Of a stretch of 64,000 nt of DNA, positions 63,364 through 64,000 are shown piece by piece. Origin of the DNA: an uncultured Acidobacteriota bacterium. GTDB lineage: Bacteria > Acidobacteriota > Terriglobia > Terriglobales > Acidobacteriaceae. The position numbers were made by a program, and so were the translations under genes. Numbering within the stretch: position 1 is the stretch's first letter; each line of letters opens with the position of its first letter. Under the pieces are notes generated by a model. That model searched no databases, was not told the DNA's origin, and was given only the letters and a program-made list of their open reading frames with translations. Location: contig CAVRAK010000033.1 in the NCBI GenBank assembly GCA_963718885.1, positions 54,759-118,758 on the forward strand, read 5' to 3'.

Positions 63364-64000
63364 ATGAGAAGGCGGGTGGAACGCCTGTCAGTTCTGACAG
63401 TGTGGAAGGCGCCGAGCAGGCTGTATAAGAGGGGCGTGCGCGGGAAGCTGAGTCGCAGGGAGGCGCTGCGCATTGCCGCGGGCGCCGCAGTGGCGAGAAC
63501 GCTGAACCTGTCTGCGTGGGCAGGCGAGACGCGGGAAGATGCGCGCTGGCCGGGAGCCGCGGAGACGAGGGCGACGGCGCGGGAAGCGTATGTCTATGCG
63601 TTTCCGATTGTGCAGAGCTACCGGGCAATCTACTCGCTGGCGCTCGACCGAAATGGAAAGCAATACCAGGGACCAATGAACGAAGTGCACAGCGCGGCGC
63701 ACATGTTTACGCCGGCGGATACGGCGATTGTGCTGCCGAACCTGGATACGCAGGGCTCTTCCCTGATGCTGGATCTGCGGGCGGAGCCGCTGGTGGTGAC
63801 GCTGCCGGCGATCGAGAAGAACCGCTACTACTCCCTGCAATTGATGGACTTGTACGGGAACGACGTGGACTATGCGGGGACGCGCAAGGATGGGAACCGC
63901 GGAGGGAATTTTCTGATTGCGGGGCCGGGCTGGCGCGGAGAAAAGCCGGCGGGCATACGGCGGGTGATTCCGGTTGCGACGGAGCTTGCGTTGGCGACGT
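63364..64000 (+). CDS. DUF1254 domain protein with Tat-like leader (runs off the window edge; start may be GTG at 63436)
   Basis: My translation: SRREAL..AREAYVYAFP..PNLDT..LDLRAEPLVVTLP..RYYSLQLMDLY..GTR..FLIAGPGWRG. Confidence 0.85.
   Translation, partial: MRRRVERLSVLTVWKAPSRLYKRGVRGKLSRREALRIAAGAAVARTLNLSAWAGETREDARWPGAAETRATAREAYVYAFPIVQSYRAIYSLALDRNGKQYQGPMNEVHSAAHMFTPADTAIVLPNLDTQGSSLMLDLRAEPLVVTLPAIEKNRYYSLQLMDLYGNDVDYAGTRKDGNRGGNFLIAGPGWRGEKPAGIRRVIPVATELALAT

Overview
A GC-rich bacterial chromosomal segment, most likely from an Acidobacteriota (Terriglobia-like) genome; the taxonomy is inferred from four Oar-like TonB-dependent receptors (TBDRs) and the gene repertoire. Housekeeping genes (accD, cobO, rlmH, rsfS, nadD, maf, lpdA, DEAD-box helicase, rpsU, purD, miaA) are interleaved with accessory modules: an ArsR/SRPBCC/hydrolase operon, a TetR-controlled flavin monooxygenase, a parDE toxin-antitoxin pair, CE15 and SGNH esterases, and a LacI-controlled GH35/symporter/TBDR/TPR sugar locus. 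At least 13 genes carry single-base frameshifts, mostly insertions, best explained as long-read errors. I saw no tRNA, rRNA, CRISPR array, transposase or prophage gene. The most interesting signals are: a J-domain/winged-helix protein with an (E/D)RR-repeat tail; a Tat-exported DUF1501-like protein coupled to an unknown partner beside the sugar locus; a membrane-anchored TPR regulator with helically phased promoter repeats; two REP-like hairpin families, one nested in the other; strand-polarised G-tract heptamer arrays; structured non-coding regions at rpsU and the helicase; and several directly readable operators. All product calls come from motif recognition by eye, not from database searches.
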